Shown: positions 1 through 8,333, counted from the stretch's first letter. The stretch is DNA of 32,000 nt from Sulfolobus acidocaldarius DSM 639 (GCF_000012285.1 NC_007181.1:1-32000); one strand, 5' to 3'. Numbers and translations: made by a program. The notes: a model not told the origin generated them from the sequence alone.

Positions 1-47
1 GGGGAGTTAAATGACTGTAATCCCTATTTCAAAATAGTTTGAGGTAA

Positions 48-60
48 CACCATTGGAAAT
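48..60. promoter_or_regulatory. candidate mini-ORB-like origin recognition box (edge of a replication origin)
   Basis: CACCATTGGAAAT has a CCA-N-TGG dyad followed by AAAT. It matches 10/13 positions of the mini-ORB consensus as I recall it (TTCCAGTGGAAAT). It lies just upstream of an Orc1/Cdc6 gene. Confidence 0.35.
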
Positions 61-70
61 TATTGTAAAC

Positions 71-80
71 TAAAATAACG
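71..80 (+). promoter_or_regulatory. TATA-like box for the Orc1/Cdc6 gene
   Basis: TAAAATAACG is centred about 25 nt upstream of the GTG start at 101, which is the geometry of a leaderless mRNA. Confidence 0.4.
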
Positions 81-100
81 TATGAAACATATGTATTCAT

Positions 101-1261
101 GTGGCAATTAGGGAAACGCTGAAAGGTGGCAAAGGGGAGGTTATAAAGAATCCTAAGGTCTTCATAGATCCCCTTACCGTATTTAAGGATATTCCTTTTA
201 GAGAGGATATTCTTAGAGAGGTTGCTATTGCTGTAAGGTATTTCGTTAAAAATAACATGAAATTCTCGACCCTGTTTCTCGGTTTGACCGGAACCGGAAA
301 AACTTTCGTTGCCATGTATATGTTTAACGAGATACAGGAGGTTAAGAAGGAGGACGGTGAGTATGGTGTAGTGTCTCAGGCTTATGTTAACTGTAGGGAG
401 GTAGGTGGGACACCTCAGGCTGTTTTATCAGCCATAACTCAACGTATAACGGGTGAGGAGGTTCCTAAGCATGGAATAAATCTTGGTGAGTACATAGAAA
501 GAATTAAGGAAAATTTAGTAGATAAGAAAGCCTTAATATATCTTGACGAAGTAGACACTTTGATTAAAAGGAGAGGCGGAGATATAGTACTTTACCAACT
601 ACTAAGAGCAAACGCTGACATTTCAGTAATTATGGTAAGTAACGATATTAATATCCGTGATTATATGGAACCGCGAGTTCTTTCATCTCTAGGTCCGACA
701 ATTTTCTTTAAGCCCTATGATGCAGAACAGTTAAAGCATATACTTTCCATCTATTCTGAATACGGATTAATTAAAGGGTCGTATACAGACGAAATTCTAT
801 CATATATTGCTGCTATATCAGCTAAAGAACACGGTGATGCAAGAAAAGCAGTTAATTTGCTATTTAGGGCTGCTCAGTTAGCCTCAGGGGAAGGAATGAT
901 CAGAAAGGAGCATGTAGATAGGGCGATAATAGAATATGAGCAAGAGAGGCTAATAGAGGCAATAAAAGCCCTTCCATTTCACTATAAGCTAGCTCTAATT
1001 GCATCTATGCAAGCTTCTGATGTTATCACGGCACATAAGATTTACTCGGATCTGTGTAATGAGTACAAACAGAAACCCCTATCCTACAGAAGATTTTCTG
1101 ACGTGATATCTGAGCTTGATATGTTTGGTATAATAAAGGTTAAAATAATAAATAAGGGAAGGGCGGGAGGAATTAAGAAAACAATAGAGGTTGCAGATAA
1201 GGAGAAGATAACTAAAGCATTGGAAGAGGCAATGCAGTTAGAGTATGAGGACACAGTGTAA
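101..1261 (+). CDS. cdc6-3: Orc1/Cdc6 replication initiator, AAA+ ATPase with C-terminal winged helix (Cdc6-3-like)
   Basis: 386-aa ORF with GTG start. Walker A GLTGTGKT, Walker B IYLDEVD, and a C-terminal wHTH ([20 protein letters not shown]). From memory it closely resembles Sulfolobus Cdc6-3. The paralog assignment is less certain than the family assignment. Confidence 0.93.
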
Positions 1262-1293
1262 CACTGAAATTATACTGTAATAGGTCGGTTTAC

Positions 1294-1629
1294 ATGTTAT
1301 GGGAAATTGTAAAAGTACTAGAAGAGAGGAGGAGTAAACTGGATACAGAGATCGCTGAACTGCAGAAGGTTTTGGATACGTTACCTAATGGTCATCTTGA
1401 GGAAAAGGTAGTGAAGGGTAAAAAGTATTATTATCTTAGGTATTGGGAGAACGGTAGGTTAAGGAGTAAGTATTTGGGGAAAGATGTAACTGAAATCAAG
1501 GAGAAGTTTAAGATTGCCACAGAGACTAAGATAAAGTTAAATAGATTGATAGAAGAAAGAAATAGAATAGTAAGAATTCTAGATAAAATAAGTAAAATTC
1601 TAGTAGAAAATGACCAATTAAATACATAA
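1294..1629 (+). CDS. small coiled-coil protein of unknown function
   Basis: 111-aa ORF starting 32 nt after the cdc6 stop. K/E-rich helical ends flank a basic/aromatic core (KKYYYLRYWENGRLRSKYLGK). No family recognised. Confidence 0.6.
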   Translation: MLWEIVKVLEERRSKLDTEIAELQKVLDTLPNGHLEEKVVKGKKYYYLRYWENGRLRSKYLGKDVTEIKEKFKIATETKIKLNRLIEERNRIVRILDKISKILVENDQLNT

Positions 1630-1664
1630 TTTTATATATTTATAAAATTATAAACTAACCTGAT

Positions 1665-2504
1665 ATGTTAGAGAACCTTCTATTTAGCATTATAATCTAT
1701 CAAGCAACTAGCATATCAGAGGCTCTATCGAACTTAGCTACAGAAATTATTAACGCAATTCCTTCAATAATACTATTTGTAATTATAGTAATTATCGGAT
1801 ATATTGTTGCCGATATAGTGGCAAGTATAGTAGGTAGAGTACTTAGGTCGCTGGTATCCAGTAGTACTATCCACATAAGTGCTAATCTAGTCTCAGGAAC
1901 TGTGAAGGCATTGATAATAATAATCTCATTAGCAATTGCATTTTCCATTTTGAACTTAGGACCTGCAAATACATATATTTCTGCAATAGCCACATATCTA
2001 CCCTATCTAGCTGGGGCAATTCTATTACTTACCCTAGGTATAACACTAATTAACATTCTACTGGACTACATATCTGCTCAGATTAAGGTTGACGATCCAT
2101 TTGCTGCATCGATATTTTCAGTTTTAAGATTAGGATTATATGCAGTTATAATAACTGTTGCTGCAACTTTAGCTATTTTCCAATGGATCCCATTCATAAG
2201 TGCTTATCTATTCTACGATATTCTAATAGGATTCTTAGTTCTCCTGTTTAGTTTTGTGATTATTGACAAAGCTATGGAAAATATTTCTAAAAGTGATCCA
2301 AACGCAACATATATAACCACATATGGTAGGTTTATTCTCTACGCAATATTTATCCTAGTTGCAGTAGCTATAATAATACAACCATTTAGTAATGTAACTT
2401 CGATAATTCAGATCCTAGCATGGGGATTAGCAATAGGATTTGGAATTTTATTAATCCCACTGATATATGCTATGGCTAAGAAATTGGCTTCAGAATTTAA
2501 GTGA
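1665..2504 (+). CDS. polytopic membrane protein with repeated 'conserved TM helix'-type segments
   Basis: 279 aa with multiple hydrophobic spans. Repeated units resemble IPSIILFVIIVIIGYIVADIVASIVGRVLRSL. A strong A/T-rich TATA region lies at 1630-1660. Confidence 0.8.
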   Translation: MLENLLFSIIIYQATSISEALSNLATEIINAIPSIILFVIIVIIGYIVADIVASIVGRVLRSLVSSSTIHISANLVSGTVKALIIIISLAIAFSILNLGPANTYISAIATYLPYLAGAILLLTLGITLINILLDYISAQIKVDDPFAASIFSVLRLGLYAVIITVAATLAIFQWIPFISAYLFYDILIGFLVLLFSFVIIDKAMENISKSDPNATYITTYGRFILYAIFILVAVAIIIQPFSNVTSIIQILAWGLAIGFGILLIPLIYAMAKKLASEFK

Positions 2505-2550
2505 TGAGAACTCCCCAGTCAGAATCCATGAAGAGTCCTTTAAGTACTGA
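2501..2550 (+). ncRNA. C/D box sRNA (2'-O-methylation guide) with dual 12-nt guides
   Basis: C box GTGATGA 2501-2507, guide GAACTCCCCAGT 2508-2519, D' CAGA 2520-2523, 4-nt linker, C' ATGAAGA 2528-2534, guide GTCCTTTAAGTA 2535-2546, D box CTGA 2547-2550. Spacing is the canonical archaeal 12 nt. It fills the only convergent gap in the window that is not overlapped by coding sequence. Confidence 0.7.
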
Positions 2551-2552
2551 CA

Positions 2553-3056
2553 TTAGATAAAGAAAGTTATTTTTTCTTCTCCACCTACTTTTGTACCTCT
2601 ATTAACTTTCACATAAACTATATTTTTATTTATAGTAACCTGACCATGGATTTTGATGTCCAAGATCCTTCCAGGCATAACCCAAGTTACTTCGTATGGG
2701 TATTCAGCTTCCTCTTCCTCGTAATAGTTTACGTATTCATTACTTCCTCTTCGCAGTCTTCCCCTGAATGTTATTATAAACTCAACAAATGGTAGGTCAA
2801 CTTTTATAAGTCCTAGTTTCGCCCATATAACTCTTGCTCTTGATTTCTCACCATTTATTAAAATAGTTTCTTGGTCTAAAAAATATTGTAAATTACTCTT
2901 TATGTTTTTCAGCTCTAAATCTAAGCTACTTTTATTAAGTGAGGCATAATAATTCTCAGGATCCTCATAGTAAAAAATAGTATATTGTGTAACTTTTCCA
3001 TTTCTGCTAAATGTGAAAACTCCAGAAGCATAAATTGGTTTTACTTTTTCACTCAT
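2553..3056 (-). CDS. hypothetical protein, third gene of the ArsR-led operon
   Basis: The ORF track gives 2553-3110. I prefer the ATG at 3056 (MSEKVKPIY...), which overlaps the upstream gene's stop by 8 nt (AATGAGTGA) and implies translational coupling. The protein looks beta-rich with an acidic patch (YYEEEEAEYPYE). No family recognised. Confidence 0.7.
   Translation of the reverse strand: MSEKVKPIYASGVFTFSRNGKVTQYTIFYYEDPENYYASLNKSSLDLELKNIKSNLQYFLDQETILINGEKSRARVIWAKLGLIKVDLPFVEFIITFRGRLRRGSNEYVNYYEEEEAEYPYEVTWVMPGRILDIKIHGQVTINKNIVYVKVNRGTKVGGEEKITFFI
2567..2580 (+). terminator. possible oligo-T termination signal for the plus-strand transcript(s)
   Basis: TTATTTTTTCTTCT contains a T6 run at 2570-2575, 20 nt downstream of the D box and inside the 3' end of the opposing gene. 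Confidence 0.3.
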
Positions 3057-3768
3057 TCTTACTCCTTTTTCTTCTAGTTTTAGGATTTGACTCAAGTAAA
3101 GCTGTGACAACTTCCTTTAGTCCGTCACACTTGTTCATTTTTTCGTTTACCATTGCTACAAAGCAAAACAAACTCTTTATCCTCTCAAAGTTCGTAAACT
3201 TGATGGAATTCTGAGGTCTTTCCGTGGATATGGAGACGAATCTAGTCTGACCACTTGTGAGAGCTTTTAAAGATAACTTATTAATAGTCAAAATTTCACT
3301 GGATACCCATTTACCTTGTGTTTCCATTGGTAATTCTAGTTTTACTAACTTAACTTCCTGGCACTCATTATTTACTTCAACTTCATCTCTTCTTTCCAAT
3401 AAATCCACTATCTCAGATTCTCTAGTCGATGCAGTTAGGAATTGGTCAAATAGTTTCTTTACATCAGGGTTATTATACGCACAGTATGTGAGCTTTGTTA
3501 ACTCTTCAATGCTGGACAAACTTCTCAGGGTAATGTTATTTGTCCCCCTAGCTGTGGAAAGAGATAGTAGTGTTGGACCCTTTGGAATCAACAGAACTTC
3601 AAATCTAAAGTAATTGCTCTCGGCTATCCTCACTATGTATGTCTTGTTGTTTTCATCCGCATGTTTTCTAAATAGATTAAACTTTTGAGATAAATAATCC
3701 TTGTTGCAGTTTTCTACGAAAAAATTAAAACCTCTAATGTCTCTTAAGTCTTCAGTAGAACATTTCAT
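3049..3768 (-). CDS. hypothetical protein, second gene of the ArsR-led operon
   Basis: 239-aa ORF with protein-like composition and a basic C-terminal tail (KTRRKRSKNE). No family recognised. The D...E-x-K arrangement (RDEVEVNNECQEVK) is only a weak hint of a nuclease-like motif. Confidence 0.7.
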   Translation of the reverse strand: MKCSTEDLRDIRGFNFFVENCNKDYLSQKFNLFRKHADENNKTYIVRIAESNYFRFEVLLIPKGPTLLSLSTARGTNNITLRSLSSIEELTKLTYCAYNNPDVKKLFDQFLTASTRESEIVDLLERRDEVEVNNECQEVKLVKLELPMETQGKWVSSEILTINKLSLKALTSGQTRFVSISTERPQNSIKFTNFERIKSLFCFVAMVNEKMNKCDGLKEVVTALLESNPKTRRKRSKNE

Positions 3769-3800
3769 AAATATAGATTCTTAATAAGATATATAAAAAA

Positions 3801-4052
3801 TTATACCTGATTGGAATAAAATTCAAGATTTTTGAAGCTAACTTCATATACGTATTTCTTAGTTTTTCTAGCCTTTACAAATCCAAATTTTTCTAGTAAT
3901 TCTAAGTGATATCTGACTGTTGAATAATTCAAATCAAGCTCTTTAGACAGTTCGTAAGCAGTTTTTGGTTTCTCTGATAAACTCTCTAATATTTTCCTCC
4001 TAGTATCCCAACCAGGGAGTGACATGAGTTCCTCTAACTTTACGATGCTCAT
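3801..4052 (-). CDS. ArsR-family winged helix-turn-helix transcription regulator
   Basis: 83 aa. RRKILESLSEKPKTAYELSKELDLNYSTVRYHLELLEKFGFV is a typical ArsR/SmtB HTH core. Confidence 0.85.
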   Translation of the reverse strand: MSIVKLEELMSLPGWDTRRKILESLSEKPKTAYELSKELDLNYSTVRYHLELLEKFGFVKARKTKKYVYEVSFKNLEFYSNQV

Positions 4053-4070
4053 ATGCTACATGAGCCGTTC

Positions 4071-4083
4071 TTTATGTTTAAAT
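4071..4083 (-). promoter_or_regulatory. TATA-like box for the ArsR-led operon
   Basis: The minus strand reads TTTAAACATAAA, centred about 25 nt upstream of the ATG at 4052. Confidence 0.4.
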
Positions 4084-4137
4084 CTAAGCCTTTTTGGAAT
4101 AGTAAAAATTTACTGAAAACTAGATAAACATTTTTTT

Positions 4138-4419
4138 CTAAAATGGATGGTATTTTAGTCTATTTAAAACAACCATTGCTACAAGAAATAACGTCAGTGT
4201 TATTACAGCATATGTATAATATTCATGGATACCAAGTAATAATAGAAGAATAAGCGAAAGAGGTATAGGTAGAAAATATTTATCATACATAGTATTTAGT
4301 GCTGATAATCCAATGGCAGGTATAAGAAAAATTGGTGATAATAAAGAGAGGATAAGGAACAGGAGAAGAAGTAGGAATAGTACAGTCTCCATTAAATTAG
4401 ATCTTTTGAGTAACTGCAT
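4138..4419 (-). CDS. small hydrophobic membrane protein (about 3 TM segments)
   Basis: 93-aa ORF starting 36 nt downstream of the nitrilase-like gene on the same strand. It is leucine-rich and hydrophobic. No family recognised. Confidence 0.5.
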   Translation of the reverse strand: MQLLKRSNLMETVLFLLLLLFLILSLLSPIFLIPAIGLSALNTMYDKYFLPIPLSLILLLLLGIHEYYTYAVITLTLFLVAMVVLNRLKYHPF

Positions 4420-4455
4420 ATTCCAATATATGATTAAGTTTCTAACTAAAAAAGA

Positions 4456-5271
4456 TTAAAGTTCTCTTAATACGTCATGAAACGTTGAAATATGTTCTCT
4501 GAAACTACTGAAAAATCTATTTTTCCTATTCTCATTAATGTTAATTTCAATTATAATCCTGTCTTCTTCAAATAATTTCGCCTTTGCTTTAATTTCGCCC
4601 AGAGGGGATACAGCCATAGAGCCACCCCAAAAATACTCTTCCTCCTGGCTACCTACTGAATTTGAAAATAGGGTCCATATTCCGTTAATCAGTGAGTGGG
4701 CTTTCAATAAAGCCTCCCAATTATCCTGTATGAATAGTTTATGTGATGTCAATCTTCTCATGGGTGAAGCAGAGGGTATGAAAATGGCATCTGCCCCTAA
4801 CATGGTTAATGCTTCTATAGGCTCATAATGCCACGCATCCTCACATACAATTACACCGAATCTTAATCCCTTATACTCAAATATGTTTAAGTCCCTTATA
4901 GGGTTTCCAGGTTGGAAATATCTTCTTTCTTCAAAAAGTCCATATGTGGGTAAATAGAATTTGTATACGTAATTTATCTGAGAATTTAATATAACGCCTG
5001 CCGTATTTCTTAATATCCCTGGTCTCACTTCTTTTATAAAACCTACTATGATACAACCTCTTGCATTTTCCGCAATTTTGTTTAGAGCATTTTCACTGTC
5101 CTTATATACCTCATAAACCAAATCTTTAAGCACGTAACCTGTTAGAGATAGTTCCGGGAAAACTACACATTCTGCACTAGAAGTTTGTAGTATCTCTAAA
5201 TGCTTGTTCAGATTATATTCTACATCTCCTAGTTTTGAAGATATTTGTGCTAACTCAACCTTTATGCCCAT
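4456..5271 (-). CDS. carbon-nitrogen hydrolase (nitrilase superfamily), likely glutaminase partner of NadE
   Basis: 271 aa. The E-K-C triad context is FPELSLTGY ... CEDAWH. Its start overlaps the nadE stop by 10 nt. Confidence 0.88.
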   Translation of the reverse strand: MGIKVELAQISSKLGDVEYNLNKHLEILQTSSAECVVFPELSLTGYVLKDLVYEVYKDSENALNKIAENARGCIIVGFIKEVRPGILRNTAGVILNSQINYVYKFYLPTYGLFEERRYFQPGNPIRDLNIFEYKGLRFGVIVCEDAWHYEPIEALTMLGADAIFIPSASPMRRLTSHKLFIQDNWEALLKAHSLINGIWTLFSNSVGSQEEEYFWGGSMAVSPLGEIKAKAKLFEEDRIIIEININENRKNRFFSSFREHISTFHDVLREL

Positions 5272-6107
5272 TGTCTTGGATACCTCCAGTCTGAATTTAT
5301 TGATCTTCCACTTAGTCTAAATATCTCAGGTGGCAGTCGCTTATGCTGAGAGATCTTTACCATTCGCACAATCCTTCTCACTAAGTCTATTGGAACATTT
5401 ACTAACGCTGAAATTTCATTCTCACTCCTCATTTCCTCGAACCTGAGGTACAATATTGAATCTATAGTCTCATAGTCTAATCCTATTTCGCCTTCTGCAG
5501 TTTGCCCTTCCCACAAGGCAGGAGAGGGAGGCTTCTTTACAATATCCTCTGGTACTCCCAAATATCTACCAAGCATTCTTACTTGGGTTTTATATAAGTC
5601 ACCTAGGGGAAGTATGTCTACTCCACCGTCCCCGTATTTGGTGAAATAACCCAGCATAAGTTCACTTTTGTCCCCCGTACCCACAACTAAGTAGTTGAAT
5701 TTTTGGGCAAAAGCATATAACAAGATCATTCTACTTCTTGCTTTTATGTTGCCCGAAATAATTTTATCATTAGTCTTTACCGCTAACCTAAATTGATCCA
5801 CTATTGGATCTATGTTTATGATCGTGTACTTTGATTCAGTAGCATTTATGAGACGTAAAATCATGAAGGCATGGTCTAAATCTTCTTTTGGTGTACTTGA
5901 TGAAGGCATTAATAGTACATGAAAATTTTCAGTTGCTTTAGATAAAAGAACTGAAGCAACAGAGGAGTCTATACCTCCACTTAATCCAATTATACCTCCG
6001 CTCTTTCCACTGTTATTGATGTAATCCTTAATTCTCTTGACTAAGTATTCAGTAACTAAAGGGAAATTAAGTGTTAATTTTTCCCTTACATATTCCGGCA
6101 TCATCAA
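5262..6107 (-). CDS. nadE: NAD+ synthetase (PP-loop ATP pyrophosphatase)
   Basis: 281 aa. PP-loop GLSGGIDSS, and a KYGDGGVD motif typical of NadE. Confidence 0.93.
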   Translation of the reverse strand: MMMPEYVREKLTLNFPLVTEYLVKRIKDYINNSGKSGGIIGLSGGIDSSVASVLLSKATENFHVLLMPSSSTPKEDLDHAFMILRLINATESKYTIINIDPIVDQFRLAVKTNDKIISGNIKARSRMILLYAFAQKFNYLVVGTGDKSELMLGYFTKYGDGGVDILPLGDLYKTQVRMLGRYLGVPEDIVKKPPSPALWEGQTAEGEIGLDYETIDSILYLRFEEMRSENEISALVNVPIDLVRRIVRMVKISQHKRLPPEIFRLSGRSINSDWRYPRQWA

Positions 6108-6116
6108 TTTATAATC

Positions 6117-7706
6117 CTACTGAGTGCTATTAACAGTATATGTTGCAAAATAGTATTCTGAATATACTTGCACTGTAAATGGTGTGGAATTTATAGCCTC
6201 TAATGAATTGCTGGCATACGCAAACACCAGAGCACTAGAGTTTGGCGGGATAACAGTCTCAGTTGAATTCCATACCATGTTTAGATTGTTAGGTATAGAT
6301 ACTCTAACTAATGTTATATTGACCGGTTCATTTTTAGTGTTTTGGACCTTAATTATTAAAGCAGTATATGGTGGGGTATTCTGCAAGGTGTATACTTCAT
6401 CTATTTTTAGTGGATTTGAAGCCACGTAAGACTCGTGGGCGTAAACTGACAATGATGCTAAGAAAACAAATATAATAAGTAATGGCAATACGATTTTTTT
6501 CTTAAAGTTAAGTTTGATTGTTGGGAGCTTATACTGAGTTCTAAACAGGGAAGTGAAGATCAACGGTATCCACATAAAGAAATATTCCGTTAGTGTCCTC
6601 CACAGAAACCATGAGATGATGAGTGGAAATAGCCAAATAATTTCCTTCAAATAATCAAAGAGTTGGTAATATAAGTATGTTAAGAATATGGCTACTACGC
6701 CAAACACTATAGTGAAGAACCATGGCTCCATAGGATACAATCCAGAGTATGAGATAACTGTAAGACCTATCTGACCAACTGGTATCAGTTGCGTATTCAA
6801 TGTTATTATGTTGCCTATGAATCTCACAGGATTCCAAGCTAGAAATGGAATATTTATGATGGATAGTGTAATAAGGAATGATAGGAAGTAACTAGATCTA
6901 AGAAATTGTTTGCCCACGTTGTCGCTTCTGATCCTGTAAATCAGTAGAAAAGGGAAAGCAAGCCATGATAGTTGGGAAAATGATATGGCTAAGGCTAAGC
7001 TAATTCCTCCTAGATAATTCTTCTTAACGTAAGATAAAGCCAGAAAAGTTGATGCGATAACTATAGGCACGCCATAGAAAGGTGGTATGGATACTGCAGT
7101 GATTATATATAAAAATATGACAGGAAAAAGTGCAAATGGATCGTCCTTTTCTTTACCAATTTTGTAGAGTAACAAGCCTAATATGACTGCAAATATAACG
7201 TTTTCAGCATTTAAAACGTAACCAGGTAAGTTAAACGCCTTTATTAGAAGATAAATGGGGATATAAACGATAAACGAGAACGGAGGATAGATGAAGTTAC
7301 TTGCTACACCTCCAGATAAGGTATAAGTTGGTTGGACTGTATGTGGTCCATATACCATCTCGTAAGGATTTTTGCCCTGGAAAAAGTTGTTCAATGCCTC
7401 ATACGTGTACTCCATATTATCAGTTCCGAAGGAGTTTATGAGGGAGAGACCTATAAATAGGAAAGTTAATGTGGCAATAATAACCACGAAATCATCTATT
7501 CTCTCCATTTTCCTTTGTGGGCTTAATATTTCAGGATATATGGCTATTATTATTATGGCTACCACAGAGAAGAAGGAGATAGAGACTATTGCAGACTGCA
7601 CGGGATTTGAAAGAATACTCTCTCTCGAATTATACACAAACAAGACGTAAAGCATGATTGAAGAAAGAAGAAAATAGACTATTCGTCTACGTAATTCTGA
7701 ATCCAC
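6117..7706 (-). CDS. polytopic membrane protein, possible GT-C-type glycosyltransferase (DUF2029-like)
   Basis: 529 aa, GTG start, more than 10 TM spans. A loop reading GKNPYE...NFIYPPFS resembles GT-C/DUF2029 families. The soluble C-terminal domain carries 5 N-x-S/T sequons. Confidence 0.8.
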   Translation of the reverse strand: MDSELRRRIVYFLLSSIMLYVLFVYNSRESILSNPVQSAIVSISFFSVVAIIIIAIYPEILSPQRKMERIDDFVVIIATLTFLFIGLSLINSFGTDNMEYTYEALNNFFQGKNPYEMVYGPHTVQPTYTLSGGVASNFIYPPFSFIVYIPIYLLIKAFNLPGYVLNAENVIFAVILGLLLYKIGKEKDDPFALFPVIFLYIITAVSIPPFYGVPIVIASTFLALSYVKKNYLGGISLALAISFSQLSWLAFPFLLIYRIRSDNVGKQFLRSSYFLSFLITLSIINIPFLAWNPVRFIGNIITLNTQLIPVGQIGLTVISYSGLYPMEPWFFTIVFGVVAIFLTYLYYQLFDYLKEIIWLFPLIISWFLWRTLTEYFFMWIPLIFTSLFRTQYKLPTIKLNFKKKIVLPLLIIFVFLASLSVYAHESYVASNPLKIDEVYTLQNTPPYTALIIKVQNTKNEPVNITLVRVSIPNNLNMVWNSTETVIPPNSSALVFAYASNSLEAINSTPFTVQVYSEYYFATYTVNSTQ

Positions 7707-7726
7707 AGAAATAATAAAGACCTTAT

Positions 7727-8245
7727 CTATATATTATTTTTGTTAGAAGTTACTCTTCCTAGTATCTCTTCCAGGAGTATATCCCTGTTTTGTATCGTTA
7801 CTTCATAGATCACACCATCATCAAACTTTATTGACCTATGAACAACAGCAATAACAGGGTAATTTGATGTCAGTATTTTATTTATCAAATTTTTGAGGGA
7901 AACAGAGGAAAGTTCCATGGGTCCTATTTCGTCAATCAAGATGATATCAGGGAAGCTAAATATTTCTTCCTCGAGCTGTCTTACGAAATTATCTTCTAAG
8001 ACTACATAATATTTTCCAATCCTGATTCCACTTCTAGCGTCTACTCTAGCAAGCCAAGCCTCTTTGCCTGATAGGACGCTTTTAATTTTAAAGCCCATTC
8101 TAGTATTATTAACTCTCACCTCTGGGCAATAAAAGCCTGTAATTCTCCAGTTCTTCTCTTTTAATATCCTGTAGATATTGAAGAGAAGTGTTGTCTTCCC
8201 TATGCCTGGTTTGCCTGTTATGTATATTCTAAAAGGCTTATCCAT
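7727..8245 (-). CDS. nucleoside-triphosphatase, THEP1 family
   Basis: 172 aa. N-terminal P-loop GKPGIGKT and Walker B ILIDEIGPME. Size and layout match the THEP1/MJ1559 family. Confidence 0.88.
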   Translation of the reverse strand: MDKPFRIYITGKPGIGKTTLLFNIYRILKEKNWRITGFYCPEVRVNNTRMGFKIKSVLSGKEAWLARVDARSGIRIGKYYVVLEDNFVRQLEEEIFSFPDIILIDEIGPMELSSVSLKNLINKILTSNYPVIAVVHRSIKFDDGVIYEVTIQNRDILLEEILGRVTSNKNNI

Positions 8246-8333
8246 TAGAGTTCCCTATCTATTATATATGCTTGGGTTAACTGACATTAAGTTTTAAGAT
8301 TTAGAGATTTTTGGTTTATTAGTTTGTAATGCA

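Noticed and set aside
1245-1267. ATGAGGA followed by 12 nt and then CTGA across the cdc6 stop codon (a possible C'/D half).
   Set aside because: There is no acceptable C box or D' box in the 40 nt upstream, and the heptamer is a weak C' match. Other coding-sense TGATGA hits (for example 17170-17185, 5897-5954 and 30488-30520) also lack correctly spaced partner boxes.
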